Positions 42,994 through 57,615 are shown, numbered from the stretch's first letter. The stretch: DNA of 64,000 nt from Octopus vulgaris (GCA_951406725.2 OX597830.1:70060001-70124000); one strand, 5' to 3'. Notes: generated by a model not told the origin, from the letters alone. A program made the numbers and translations.

Positions 42994-44092
42994 GTGTGCT
43001 TTGGACCCAGACTCCATGATAAACAAGGAACGGATGTACTACACTACATACGTTCAGGTACGACAGATTCTGCATTCGGTAAAAACTTTATAAACCGCAT
43101 TTAGCATATATACTACATGAACCATATTTCCAACTAGTTACATAATCTATGGCTGCATCAGAGGAGTAACTCATAAAACAGAATACAATACATCACATCA
43201 AGACACAAATTCTAGAATGGGAAACATCCTAGCAACATGAAAACACAAATTTGCGAGCCACAGAACGCACGTTAGACAACCAATGTTAAATGCAAATTTT
43301 AATGTAAATAAGGATACTGAAAATTTTAAGTTGATTTTATTTGTGCATTGAAAACTATTGTGAAACGTAATATCTGATTCAATTTTAGCAGTATTCGGAG
43401 ATTTAAATATGAATATTTCTTAAAAAAATATAAGGTATTGTTGAGTGGAATCCATTAAAACTCTCAGTAAGCAAAAAGCTATAACTATTGTTTAATGTGA
43501 TGTTATGAGTAACTATTAAAGTTATACAGGGAAATTATACTTTTTGGGATACGACATTTTTGAAAACTGTGTGTATTTACAATATTATATAGTTTTACTG
43601 GATAAAATTATTTGATTTTATATAGATTAAAATACACATAAATTTTATCAGGACACAGTAGTATTTCGAAAAACTGTATGCATGTTACGCTCATCACTGA
43701 TTGATCTGTAATTACACGGGTCGGAAATCAGTTGTAGATTGTCCATGTACTGTAAAAACGCGCAATAGCGATTACCCACATCTGTAGCTACCCAGAACAC
43801 ACCGACAATATGAGACCAGTGAAAATTTTGCGTATTGGTAATATTATGCAGTTTTACTGGATAAAATTAATTGATTTTACGTATCATTGATTTTACATGT
43901 ATTTCAGCGGGACACACTTCTATTTCTTAAAATAGGATGCATTCATGAAACAATATTACATATTTTTTTACGTGGGACAAGAATGCATATCACATCATAA
44001 AAACAGACAGACAGACACACACACACACAGAGGAATGCATATTTAAGTGAATATCGTATCTACTGCATTATATTCCAAAACTTTGTCATCAT

Positions 44093-44252
44093 AGCAGGAG
44101 TGGCTGTGTGGTAAGTAGCTTGATTACCAGCCACATGGTTCCGGGTTCAGTCCCACTGCGTGGCATCTTGGGCAAGTGTCTTCTACTATAGCCTCGGGCC
44201 GACCAAAGCCTTGTGAGTGGATTTGGTAGACGGAAACTGAAAGAAGCCCGTC

Positions 44253-44310
<58 letters not shown>

Positions 44311-44528
44311 GCGTGTGTGTGTGTGTTTGTCCCCCTAGCATTGCTTGACAACCGATGCTGGTGTGTTTACGTCGCCGTCACTTAGCGGTTCGGCAAAAGA
44401 GACCGATAGAATAAGTACTGGGCTTACAAAGAATAAGTCCTGAGGGTCGATTTGCTCGACTAAAGGCGGTGCTCCGGCATGGCCGCAGTCAAATGACTGA
44501 AACAAGTAAAAGAGAGTAAAAAGAGAGT
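44093..44528 (+). mobile_element. Full-length SINE-A
   Basis: Near-identical to 9363-9778. Confidence 0.95.
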
Positions 44529-45011
44529 ATAGCTCTGTTGTTAATCATTTTAAAACTAGACAGACAGATTGAAAGACATTCACACATACATAAACGCATA
44601 TACAAAAACACACATATGTACTCGCGCAGACAGTTGCACGGGTTCGCGCACACACAAACGTACACAGAGAAGCATACACTTAGTAGGTGTTGCTGCTGCT
44701 CTTCTTGTTGTTGTTGCTGATGTGGTGGTGGTGGTGGTGTTGGTGGTGAATCATTGTCACATCTACGCATTTAAATTATTTTATAAAATTGAATCAGTGT
44801 CTATGTGCATGTGTTTCTATTGTGTGTCTATTAGCGTCGCAAACAGGTCAACCATAAAGCTTCTTTATATATATATATATATATTTATATGTGCATGTAT
44901 GTATATATCTGTGTATGTATTTATAAGTATGCACACATATATATGCATATATATACATACAGGTATATATATGTATATATACACATATATATGCGCATAT
45001 GATTATATATA

Positions 45012-45052
<41 letters not shown>

Positions 45053-45245
45053 TATATATAACTATATATGTGTATGGATGCATATATCTGTGTATGTACA
45101 TATAAGTATGCACACACACACACATATATATGCATATATACATAATATATATATATATATATATATATAAATATATACGTGCGTATTTATGTTTATATAC
45201 ATGTTCGCCCACACAGACGTAAAGCGAAAACAATATATATAGGTG

Positions 45246-45285
<40 letters not shown>

Positions 45286-45830
45286 TGTGTGTGTGTGCGT
45301 GTATGTGTGTGTGTATATATATATCTATACAAACACGCGCAGATATTTATATCTAATTATATATATAAAATATGTATGCATACATATATACGTGTACGTG
45401 TCTGTATGTTTGTGTGTGAGTGAGTGTGTGTGTGTGTGTGAGTGTATATAGATATATATATAATGGCATTGTTTAGTTTCCATATAGCTACCAACTCTGT
45501 CTGACGACTAGTTATGACATGTATTCAATCTACAGATGACATCGGTGGTTATTTTGCGTTGTGGACGCAACACGTAGCCATCCACACGGTGCCGTGCTCA
45601 TAGCACCGTGAAGTTTTTTCTTTTTCTTTCTTTTTCTTTCCTTTATTCTATTACTGTCTTTACAATATATATAAAAAAAACTTATTGCCTTCGATTATTC
45701 TTCTCGTAATAACAACAACATTTACCACCACCACAACATCAACGACCACGACGACGACGACCCTACGACGACGACGACGGCCACCACCACCATCATAACA
45801 ACAACAACAATAATTCTAACAATAATCATT

Positions 45831-46245
45831 TCAGGCACCAGGCCTGAAATTTTGTAGGTGTGTGGCCAGGCGATTACGACGACGCTAGTGTTCCACTGGC
45901 ACTTATTTCAATAAACCCAAAAGGACCGAGGGGCAAAGCCAACCTCGACGGAATTTGAACGCAAAACGTAAAGACGGACGAAATGCCATCAAGCATTTCG
46001 ACCGGCATATTAACGGTTCTGTCAAATCGCTGCCTTAATGATAACACTAATGATGATGGTTTCAAATTTTGGCAAAATACTAGAAATTTTTAGGGGAGAG
46101 GTAAGTCGGTTACATCGAATAATGATATTAATAATATTGAGGTCGATAAATTAAGTCTGCTGCCACGTACTGAGCTTAAATTCCGACGAAGTCGACTTTG
46201 CCTTTCGGGGTCGATAAATTAAGTACTAGTTGCGTACTGGGCCTT
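45831..46245. mobile_element. Cluster of diverged SINE-B fragments (minus 45831-46035 and 46058-46120; plus ~46160-46245)
   Basis: B-box, core and tail fragments. Confidence 0.75.
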
Positions 46246-46266
46246 ATGCTCTTGAGAAGAAAAAAA

Positions 46267-46267
<1 letters not shown>

Positions 46268-46333
<66 letters not shown>

Positions 46334-46724
46334 TAGTTTTATTTTTTATAGCGTGCTTTCACTTCACTACCGAGCGCAGCTCTGTGTGCCTTGGGTATGT
46401 GCTGTGATTTGTTGTGATGCTCTGATGGTTATTGTATGGAAAGTGTTCTGCGTAGGATGTGTGCAGTGCCTAGTAGTGCAATTTTCTGTATGTTATATGT
46501 GTTTGTAAGTCCTGGTGTTTTTGTTATGTATTTGTCTGAATATTTTTTTATCATGCCTAATGCACCTACTATGATAGGAATTGTTTCTGTTTTTAGATTC
46601 CACATTCTGGTTACCTCTATTTCCAGGTCTTTGTATTTTGAAAGTTTCTCCATTTCTTTTAGAGACACGTTGTCATCAGCCGGTATTGATACATCAATTA
46701 GAAAGCATTTTTTTTCTTCATGAT
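46268..46724 (-). mobile_element. 5'-truncated R4/Dong-like non-LTR retrotransposon (restriction-like endonuclease C-terminus, 3' UTR and (TAA)n)
   Basis: Open frame 46722-46429: HEEKKCFLIDVSIPADDNVSLKEMEKLSKYKDLEIEVTRMWNLKTETIPIIVGALG...IQKIALLGTAHILRRTLSIQ*. (TAA)n on both sides (46268-46330, 46735-46780). Confidence 0.92.
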
Positions 46725-46733
46725 ATATTTATA

Positions 46734-46781
<48 letters not shown>

Positions 46782-47179
46782 AGTTATTGTTGTTGCTGCT
46801 TAATCGAAGCATAGGATCGGATATTGGTCATCCGGAATGCTTTTGATCACTCAGTTCTCTACTTTTCTTTTTCGTACAAGATTAGCTATGGGTGCGAGTG
46901 ACGACGTTCTTGGGGGATGTACGTATCTAAACGCAACTGAACCGGCTGTTTCAGATGATTTTCTCCTAGAACGCAATAGACAACTAATGGAAATAATTTG
47001 CTTCCTAGAGCTACAAGGTTCTGGTAGTCGAATTGGGCAAGACTCTGCAGCGGCGTTTCCTACCCGGTGTTCAGCGAGAGCTCACTATGGGCTTCAGTGA
47101 GAAATAGCAATAAATAAACTAATTATCAATATGCAAATGATTTAAAAAATCATTTTTCGTAATGTTATCATACATCATA

Positions 47180-47593
47180 GGCGCAGGAGTGGCTGTGTGG
47201 TAAGTACCTTGCCTCCCAACCACATGGTTCTGGGTTCAGTCCCACTGCGTGGCATCTTGGGCAAGTGTCTTCTGCTATAGCCTCGGGCCAACCAATGCCT
47301 TGTGAGTGGATTTGGTAGACGGAAACTGAAAGAAGCCTGTCGTATATATGTATATATATGTATGTATGTGTATGTATATGTTTGTGTGTCTGTGTTTGTC
47401 CCTCTAGCATTGCTTGACAACCGATGCTGGTGTGTTTACGTCCCCGTCACTTAGCGGTTCGGCAAAAGAGACCGATAGAATAAGTACTGGGATTACAAAG
47501 AAAAAGTCCCGGGGTCGATTTGCTCGACTAAAGGCGGTGCTCCAACATGGCCGCAGTCAAATGACTGAAACAAGTAAAAGAGTAAAAGAGAGT
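47180..47593 (+). mobile_element. Full-length SINE-A
   Basis: Near-identical to 9363-9778. Confidence 0.95.
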
Positions 47594-47912
47594 ATCACGG
47601 TATATTTTCCAAGGCAGAAAAATCCTGGCTTTTGTAAGTTGCAAGAAAACTCACCGGGAAAAGTGACATCTTAATATATAATTGTTGGGAAACTTTGTCC
47701 AAACAAAGCTTACGGCTCAGACGGTGTTTATGAGAGAACTTCTTTGTGGTGTTTAATTGATGTGAGAGTGGCAAGTATGGTTCGTGTGAATGAGATTACT
47801 CATGGTTTGTGAATGTCGGACGACGGAAAACGACGGAATGTCGGACGACGGCAAAGGGGGAACTTGCCCTTGGCCAGAAGGATAACCTGGCAAAATGCGG
47901 AGTGCCTGCTGT

Positions 47913-48129
<217 letters not shown>

Positions 48130-48305
48130 TCTATTACCCCTCCTCCTTCTGCTTCGTTGCTACTGTAGAAATGTGCGACAAGGACGAGGGTGACCAATAT
48201 CACCCCACCCCCGCACCACCATGTTTACGCTGTTTCTATTATTGTTATTCCTTTAACGCCATTAATGCAGACATATTTTTACTCCGTGGGCGTTGTATGG
48301 CTATG

Positions 48306-48360
48306 TATTGGGTTGTCCGGAAAGTTCGTGCCGATTTATAGTAGCTTACCTTTCGACTTA
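48306..48360 (+). mobile_element. Solo mariner-like terminal inverted repeat
   Basis: TA followed by ttgggttgtccggaaagttcgtgccgattt resembles mariner TIRs; no partner end seen. Confidence 0.5.
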
Positions 48361-48737
48361 CCCTCCCAGGCACCTCAATTCTGGGAAGAGGGTATTTTCA
48401 ATCCTGCTGTACTCTTTCACCACAACTTTCTCTCACTCTTTCTTCCTACTTCTGCCACAAAGCAGAGGAACCATGGTGTAACCCTCTATGGTGTGGTAAA
48501 CTTTCAGACTCTAGTCTAGATTGCGAACACTCTGTACCCCAGGATGGTTCAGCTCTCCATCCGTTAAAAGCCACCGTTTACGGAATGAGGATAACAACTT
48601 AGCTTTCGCGCCTGTGCAACTGCCAGTCTATCGCGTGTGGTGGGTAGATCTTCAAGTTGCCACACGCATTCTTAGTAGCTTAGAGTAGGCTCGAATTAGA
48701 GATTATTCTTTGTGGCTAATGGTGTGAATCCTGATTG

Positions 48738-48831
48738 GAAGAAGAAGAAGAAGAAGAAGAAGAAGAAGAAGAAGAAGAAGAAGAAGAAGAAGAAGAAGAA
48801 GAAGAAGAAGAAGAAGAAGAAGAAGAAGAAG
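48738..48831. repeat. Pure (GAA)n, ~31 units
   Basis: Direct reading. Confidence 0.98.
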
Positions 48832-49698
48832 CTATACTAGCTCCACCACCAACACCACCACTATTACCTTCCACCATTCTATACTAAACTAACGATAAGG
48901 TAAAAGATAAAGTAACTTAGGAAGTTCCTTAATTTACTTACAACTTATTTGTAACAAAAAAAAAAATATGTCGATTCTCTGGAAATTCTGTCTTCTGAAA
49001 TTCACATATTTAGCAAGGTTTTATCTGGGAGTTCTTCATATTTATGTCGTAGTAAAAAGAATAATTGATCGCAGGATCCTATGAAGCCAAATTCAAGGGG
49101 CTTCTTATTTTATCCCCTTATATTAAAAATATTTTGTTATCGCAAAACACACAGAGATACGCCTAAGATGGTACACATACATGGACATGTTCTCGCACAC
49201 ATACACACACAGAGAGCCACACGTACGCACGTACGCACACATGGATACAATCAGGCGTAAAAGTGTACAGTAATATGCGATATTACACAAATACCGATAA
49301 AATAAATTGTACACCCGCGCAAAGACATGAACGAAGGAAAATAAAAAAGCGCCAAACACAGACAAACAGATTGACAGACAAACTGATAGTCTCACACATA
49401 CATGTTTACAGATGTGTGTATGTACATGTATGTATGTATGTATGTATGTATGTATGTATGTATGTACGTATGTATGTATGTATGTATGTGTGTATGTATG
49501 TGTATATGAGAGGGAATAAATAGAGTGTTATACAAAGTGGCACATGGCAAGAAACACACACACACACACACACAGTCGCACATGCAATATACATACATAC
49601 ACACATATATACATATATACATATATATATATAGACACACACACACACATACATACATATATATATATATAGAGAGAGAGAGACACACACACTCATAT

Positions 49699-49786
<88 letters not shown>

Positions 49787-49958
49787 TGCATACATGTGTA
49801 TGTGTGTGCGTCCTCTATGCATATATGTATGCGTATACACGCATACACGCATACACACACACAGTCACAAACATATATACACACACGCAGGCACACACAT
49901 TTATATTGCGAGAAAGCGAGCAAGGAATGGGAGGCAGAAAAGAGGAGAGAGGTAGAGA

Positions 49959-50015
<57 letters not shown>

Positions 50016-50747
50016 AGGAAAGACAGAAAGAGAGAAAGGAAGTGAGGAGGGGAGTTCTTACTATTGTTTCTGTGTGCAAGTTATTGTAAATTGTGTTACG
50101 GTAATTGTTCCAGCAGACTCGCAGGAACTGTTTTGCCATTAATGTCCTATTTTAATAAATTGAAACCGTATTCCACAGGGCATAAACTTAAATTGTGACA
50201 GACACGCGCGTCTACATATGCTGTAGAAATTTGGCCAAGGTTTGCCATCTGCAGGAAAAACTTATAGCTAGGTACCAGAAACATACTGTAATTAGTGAGG
50301 CTACTCAACACAAGTTCGACATCATTTGAAGTTGTATTGAAGAGAAAAAATTCATTGGTGTCAATGGCAATTTTTTTGTGAAGACTGTATGGAAGATAAA
50401 TGGGGGATTAAAACTTGATTAAACCGTAGAGATACACAGTAATGAGTGAAATCATAATTCAATTGAACTTTTAACTGTCAATGAGAAAAATTATTCGCGT
50501 TAATGACAAATTATGTTGAGACGGTCAAGGGAGATAACAACTACATCTAAATTGATTAAACACAAGCGGCTGGCTTCATACACAGTGACTAAGAGACACA
50601 CTCTATACATAAATATGTGTATATCATTAAAATAACACACAGTACTCTACAAATTTATAGACATCCAACCATCCATCCAACCATCTATCCATCCATCCAT
50701 CCATCCATCCATCCATCCATCCATCCATCCATCCATACATACATACA

Positions 50748-50783
<36 letters not shown>

Positions 50784-51034
50784 TGTATTTATGCTTGCAT
50801 ACTCTTTTACTTGTTTCAGTTATTTGACTGTGGCCATGCTGGAGCACGCTTTTAGTCGACCTCAGGACTTATCCTTTCTAAGCTTAGCATTTATTCTATC
50901 GGTCTATTTTGCTGAACCGCAAGTTACAGGGACGTAAACACACCAACATCGGTTGTCAAACAATGATAGGGAACAAACACTGACTCAAAAACATATACAT
51001 ATACATACATACATACATGCATATATATACACAC

Positions 51035-51068
<34 letters not shown>

Positions 51069-51081
51069 ATATGTATGTATG

Positions 51082-51127
<46 letters not shown>

Positions 51128-51150
51128 TACATATATATATATATGTATAA

Positions 51151-51216
<66 letters not shown>

Positions 51217-51222
<6 letters not shown>

Positions 51223-51504
51223 GTTCTCACATGCGCTGGTTGCCAACATAATTATGTTGGACAAACGAGTCTCCCGTTACGTAAACAAGTAGCGGTGCAT
51301 AAAGAACAAATAAATCTCCCGGAATACCGACAAATTCCACTGAGTGACCACATAGAATCATGCGCTAAAGACAAAAATCCCAAATTCTACATATTCCTCT
51401 TCTACCAATGTAAAGACGGGATCACCACACAGGAGAGAATTAACAAGGAGAACCTCTTTATTGAAAAGTTCAAAACGCAACTTAATATGCAAACTCCTCG
51501 TTGA
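51217..51504 (+). pseudogene. Penelope-like element GIY-YIG endonuclease C-terminus (5'-truncated, frame open)
   Basis: In frame with track ORF 51295-51504: [32 protein letters not shown]...LSDHIESC...ERINKENLFIEKFKTQLN. It has the IY..CxxC..YVGQT motif, the two His of the PLE CCHH, the conserved E and the terminal LN. Confidence 0.92.
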
Positions 51505-52200
51505 TCATACTTCCTTTTTCTACCTCATTCTTCATGGATGGACTAACACAAATATATAAGGATACCATGCATTCATCACTTCAAGCTAAAACTTATATTC
51601 TTTAAATATCATTATTATTATTGTTGTTATTATTTCTATCATTTTTATTATATATGATATAACAATCTGAAATGTAATTATAAATTGGTTTATGCAAATT
51701 TATATAATTAAAAAATAATATAAATCAAGTGTTAAAATCTGAATGTTAAGTTAGCAAACAATTATATAGAAAAGATAATGCAAATGAAGCTAAAATGATA
51801 ATTTTATAATTTAAGGTTTATTAACACCCTTTACTACAAAAAATTGATAAACACAAATTGAAGAGCTCAAAACCCATAGAGTTGTCTCCCCTTATTCACA
51901 ACACAGGAACTGAAGAACTACTACTACTAATACTTCCTGTTTTGCCAACACCCTTACTTAAACTAAACAACACATGGTTTTAATCCCATTGGATCCTAAT
52001 ACTTCAAGGTAATTTTTTCGTGAACAATCATTAAACTCAAGATAAACAAAGACTTCACAATGTATCGGAGTACTTATTTTTTAATTTTTGTATGTATTTA
52101 TTATTATTTTTTTGCAAAAAAAAATGTAATTTTCTTTTTTCCCCCTTCTCACTTTTAAATAAAAAAAAAATGAAAATAAAAAAAATATTTTTTCCTTTAC

Positions 52201-52240
52201 AATTCTTGAAAAGTCATTATGACGAAAACCGGTTTGAATT
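52201..52240 (+). ncRNA. Minimal type I hammerhead ribozyme, U3-A8 core variant, in PLE 3' region
   Basis: aattc-UUGAAAA-gtca(tta)tgac-GAAA-accggt-UU-gaatt; all three stems pair perfectly with canonical spacing; same strand as the GIY-YIG ORF ~700 bp upstream. Confidence 0.7.
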
Positions 52241-52349
52241 AATATATATTTATATATTTTATCAATTTTTCAAAAACTTTTTCCATACACCCATTTTCAT
52301 TAAAATTTTCTTTCAATTTAGCATTCTGCCTTTTTACAATTTTTCCTTG

Positions 52350-52384
<35 letters not shown>

Positions 52385-53278
52385 AGGTGGTGCTATTAAG
52401 TTAGACATGGCCTGGGCCAATAATGGCCGAAACCTATCAAAGTATCAAAGTATATATATATACATACGACCGGCTTCTTTCAGTTTCCGTCTACCAAATC
52501 CACTCACAAGGCTTTGGTCGGTTCGAGGCTTAGTAAAAACACCTGCCGAAGGTGCCACGCAGTGGAACTGAATCCGTGGATTTTGTTTAATTTTATTTTT
52601 GTTTATATGTATCAATAAATATCGGAATTTTATTATTTAATGCTATCTACTGTTTGACTTTGAATATAAGTTGCAGTTATGAATCTATTTTTCTCGTTTT
52701 CTTTTCGTTATTGCCAGGGACGCCGGACAACAAAAGGGAACGGAGAGAGGCAGCAAATTTTTAAACCAAAGAACTGTCCTAAATGGTTGTAACTGAATGA
52801 ACACCATAGACGGATTCCAAAGACCAAGTAACGGTGTGATATCGGGTTGGACTAAGAGAACCTCCCAAAGAACTCGGAGCGTAAAGGGCCAGAACAACAC
52901 GACTGTACAACTCGTTGAACGGTTTTATCGATCCAGACAACTAATTAAGTCATTATCCTGAAATGGTACTTTCTTTTATGATGAAAGGTAAAGTTGGCAT
53001 GGACGAGATCTGGCATTTTGTTTAATACTTTAACAACCGTGCCGACATGCATGCATGTATGCATACATACATGCATATACACATATATACAAATATTATT
53101 CCGAGTGTGTGCGTGTGTGTGTGTGGAGGCATATCGCTAAAGACATGAAATTGTAATGAATTTTTGGACGATACCTGAGAAAAAAAAGAGCACGGCCATG
53201 TCTGGTGTGCGGATTTTGCGTTCGTTCCTTTGTCGAGCGTCTGCGCAAACGCATACACAGACACGGGCAACCAGCACT

Positions 53279-53344
<66 letters not shown>

Positions 53345-53453
53345 GTTATTCATAAAGATAGACAGACAAACAGATACATCAAGACATGAATTTAAAAAGA
53401 AAATGATAGGTGTGTGTGTGTGTATATATATATATATACTTATAAACACGCAA

Positions 53454-53510
<57 letters not shown>

Positions 53511-53650
53511 GTATATACATACACGCATACAATGACACACATACAACGCTCACATATGTATAAGGTTATTCATAAAGAAAGATCGGCAGATAGATATGGC
53601 ATGAATTTAAAAGAGAAAAAGACAGATATGTGTTTGTGTGTGTGCGTGTA

Positions 53651-53716
<66 letters not shown>

Positions 53717-53760
53717 AATATATACATATATATATAATTATATACATATATATATACATG

Positions 53761-53796
<36 letters not shown>

Positions 53797-54023
53797 CACA
53801 CATTCAATTTATACTGCTATATATTTGCACGTATATATATGTATATACACACACATACATTCGAACATACGTATATACATTTACACATACTTACGATTAT
53901 ATAAATACTAACTTAGTACATTTTCTATTGGATTATTCTATACGTATTTTTCGTTATTTTCCGTCTGATGTGTACGAAATGAAAGATAAAGCACACACGC
54001 ACGCACACACACACACACGCACG

Positions 54024-54054
<31 letters not shown>

Positions 54055-56609
54055 ACACACACACACATATACGTTTAGGAAGGTACGTGTATGTAAGTCT
54101 TAATTTATCTATAGAATAATGTTTCGTGGATCATTCGAGCTTTCTGACCGCAAAACTTTGCGTTCACGCCTGTTTAAGGGATATAGCATGGATAAAAACG
54201 CCGTAGAGATGTTAACAATAAGAGTTTGTGAGAAATTTGGAAACATAATGCATTTCTATTCTCGTCTATTGTATTCGTAAACTCTATCAGATCCTCTTGC
54301 TTTACCCACTAGAGAATATATTCGTTAAAAATATATATCGAAATATATCTTTCCTTCATTACTATATAGAGAAAACCACGTTTGCACCTACAGTTGTCTT
54401 TTATTTACTCATTTGTGTGGAAGATTGGTTATAATGGAAGGAGATCTTACGTTTAGAGCGACGAAGTGCAGTATTTCTATAGCTTTTGATCTATTTAGTT
54501 AGGTGGGCAAATAATCAGTAGAATGTTTCGAACGAAGGGGATGAATTTTACAATAATTACTAAGCGGTTAAGGTTTGGTCCTCACGAACGAAAGGACGTA
54601 AGTTCATTTCCTAGACCGGATAGTGCGTTGTAGTTTCGAGCAAAGCGCTTTATTTCACTTTGCTCCAATCTACACAGCTGAAAATGACCGTCAGGTGAAT
54701 GCCGGTGCAGATATCTCTCCCTCCAGCTCTCATGTCCTCCATGTTCTACTGAGCCACGCGGTGGTTGACTGAAAGGGTGTCTATATCTGCTGGCAACTAC
54801 ATCAGCACTTAAAACAAGCAATGAAAGAATGGTACATGCCACCATGTGGTTCTCGCTTAAGAGTGACGGCTATCATTGGTTATGTTTGATAATTAAACAG
54901 ACACTTTAATCAGTCTGTATTAAGCTCCTTCCTCATCATGTATCTTGGAAATATAAGTTTTATACCGACGAGAGTAAATTGTGGTATATTAAGTTGTACA
55001 ATCTCCACTCTTTCTTGTTGGATAATGGTAATAATGTATATGATCGAAGCTCAGATTAGTTAAGTATGAAGGGCCTTGATCATGCAGGTAAGTTGCTATG
55101 GAAATGCTAGTTTATCGAGGTGATAGAATCTCTCTTATCTATCTTTATTGATTTAATCCAGAAGGAAACAGCACAGTATTATCACTAGTATCCCCGAGTA
55201 ATCAGCAACGCACTACGTGGAATAAAACGATGCTATAAACACTAATGTTCGACTGAACAAGAGCACTTGATACACATCTGCATTGTCCAGTGTACCCTAT
55301 TAATTTATCAAAGTGTACCAGTTTAAAATACGTTTTAAAATATATATATAAAAAAATACAATGTTTTAGCAGCCTGGTTAGATATTGAGGAAGTAGCAAC
55401 ATACCAATTAGGTCGTGGAGAGACATGGAGTTAAAACGATTCTGCACATTTGTACCACCACCTAAAGCAGAAAAAAATAAAAAAAACAAAATTCGAATCA
55501 ACACAGATTTGTTGCTGATGTTGTTGGTTTGGCGTTTTAGGTAGATTTAAAAAAAAATATTTGCAATCTTGTAATCTTGTTATAGTAAGGAAAGCTGCCT
55601 TCTTCAACGCAGCCTTTCATGTCAGGCGCAGAGATTACATCTTATTTGATGCGGTCTTTTGACTATAACGTTGTTGATAACTGGAATGATCAATTTAATA
55701 ATTCTAATTAATAATCGACACGAGACTATTAAAACGTGTTATTTGGATTTTTAAATATAATTATTTCGCATTTAATAAAAAAAAATAATAGCGATAAAAT
55801 AATAATCTGTAAAAGTGCAAGAAAATTCTGGAAGAAATTATACTGTTCTTGAAGTACACAGATATTTAGTTATAAGGAGTAATCCCTACGAAAACTGAGG
55901 ATACGACAAAATTATAATAATTAAGATTAAATATTTATTAAAGAGCTTAGCTTTTAAACTAATCTAGGATAGAGTTGGATTGTAATCTGGAAGAAAATGT
56001 TCGTTATATAATAACTTGAATTATTTTCAGATCAGTTCGATTTGATACCATCATCATTTTTCTATAATTTGAAAAAAAATTGTATATTGAACAGTTGGTA
56101 TTGATCAGTATTGCGATCGTGTTGTTACACAGCGCTCATGAAAAATCATTTACCGAATAGAAATTGTTCTGAGAACCACCTTAAATTGGATGAACACATT
56201 GGTGAATATTGTTTTAAGTTTAGAAATTGACTGGATGGTCACTACAGCTAGAATACATTTGATCTTGCCTACTCAATTACGCCTGAGCTGGGGTTCAAGA
56301 ACGCTGGGACTGAATAACTGTGGCTGAAAGTTCCTATAGCATCAAAACAGCAAGACCAATCATTATTGTGATCCCTGTCATCGTAGCCCCATGTTTCTGA
56401 CATCCATCACTTTTGCAAGTGTTGTAGTAAATGCATTTGTCCATGTTCCTGTTACATAACCATTCTGACAGTTGCTTTCGCAATCATTGTGCAAATGCTA
56501 GTTGCTGTTTTAACATTTTACCGTTGCAACACGTTTGTATATCAGCACATATATATATATATACCCCACTCCTGCCCTGGAAACAACTGTTCTAACATAT
56601 CCGTTCATA

Positions 56610-56709
<100 letters not shown>

Positions 56710-56976
56710 ATTGTTCTGTTCGTACTAACTGTTGAGCAACTGTTTTGCTACCCCGTTATTGTTGACCAAATGTTATGCTCACCGCTATTGTCATCCAGTT
56801 GTTTTAATAGTCACCGTTGCCATTCAAGTGTGTTGGACGCCATTATGAAGCCACTATCAACATTTCGGAAGATTTTATTGTTGGATAAAATAGCAGTTAA
56901 ATCCTACTTCGCATTGAAATATATTCATTCTCTATCTGTCAGAGCTTTGTGTTGTCGTCACCGTTGTTGTTGTTGC

Positions 56977-57057
<81 letters not shown>

Positions 57058-57502
57058 CATTATTATTAATATTATCATTATCATCATCATCATCATCATC
57101 ATAGTTGTTTTCATTCTTTCAAAACTCAGATGATGTTCTGAATTCATAAAGACAGCAGTGATTGTGTTAAAGTAGCAGCGATGGGAAAATACTGCTTTAT
57201 TTCAATCAAAATAGGTTGATTTTTGAATATTTCATTTCCAAAATAGATTCATGCTTCGATGCTATGAAAAAGACATTCAAATAACTTATAAATGTTCAGG
57301 TGGCTAAGCAGCAACAATGCCAATAAATTGGGGTAAAGATATTCAAGATGTTTCCTTGCTTTACAATACGCACTACCTAAGCATTTTATATACATTTGTG
57401 TATATTTGTTCGGTTTGTCGCTTGAACAGCGGTTCACTATCGCCATCTTTCTCTTCTTTATCTTCTGTGTAATTCATACAAGCTGTCTGTCTGTCTATGT
57501 AG

Positions 57503-57604
<102 letters not shown>

Positions 57605-57615
57605 GTCTATCTATA

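Larger units (their letters stand above)
50801..52575 (-). mobile_element. SINE-A split in two (3' half 50801-50990, 5' half 52466-52575) by PLE material
   Basis: Both halves are in the same orientation and break at the internal (TA)n. Confidence 0.8.
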
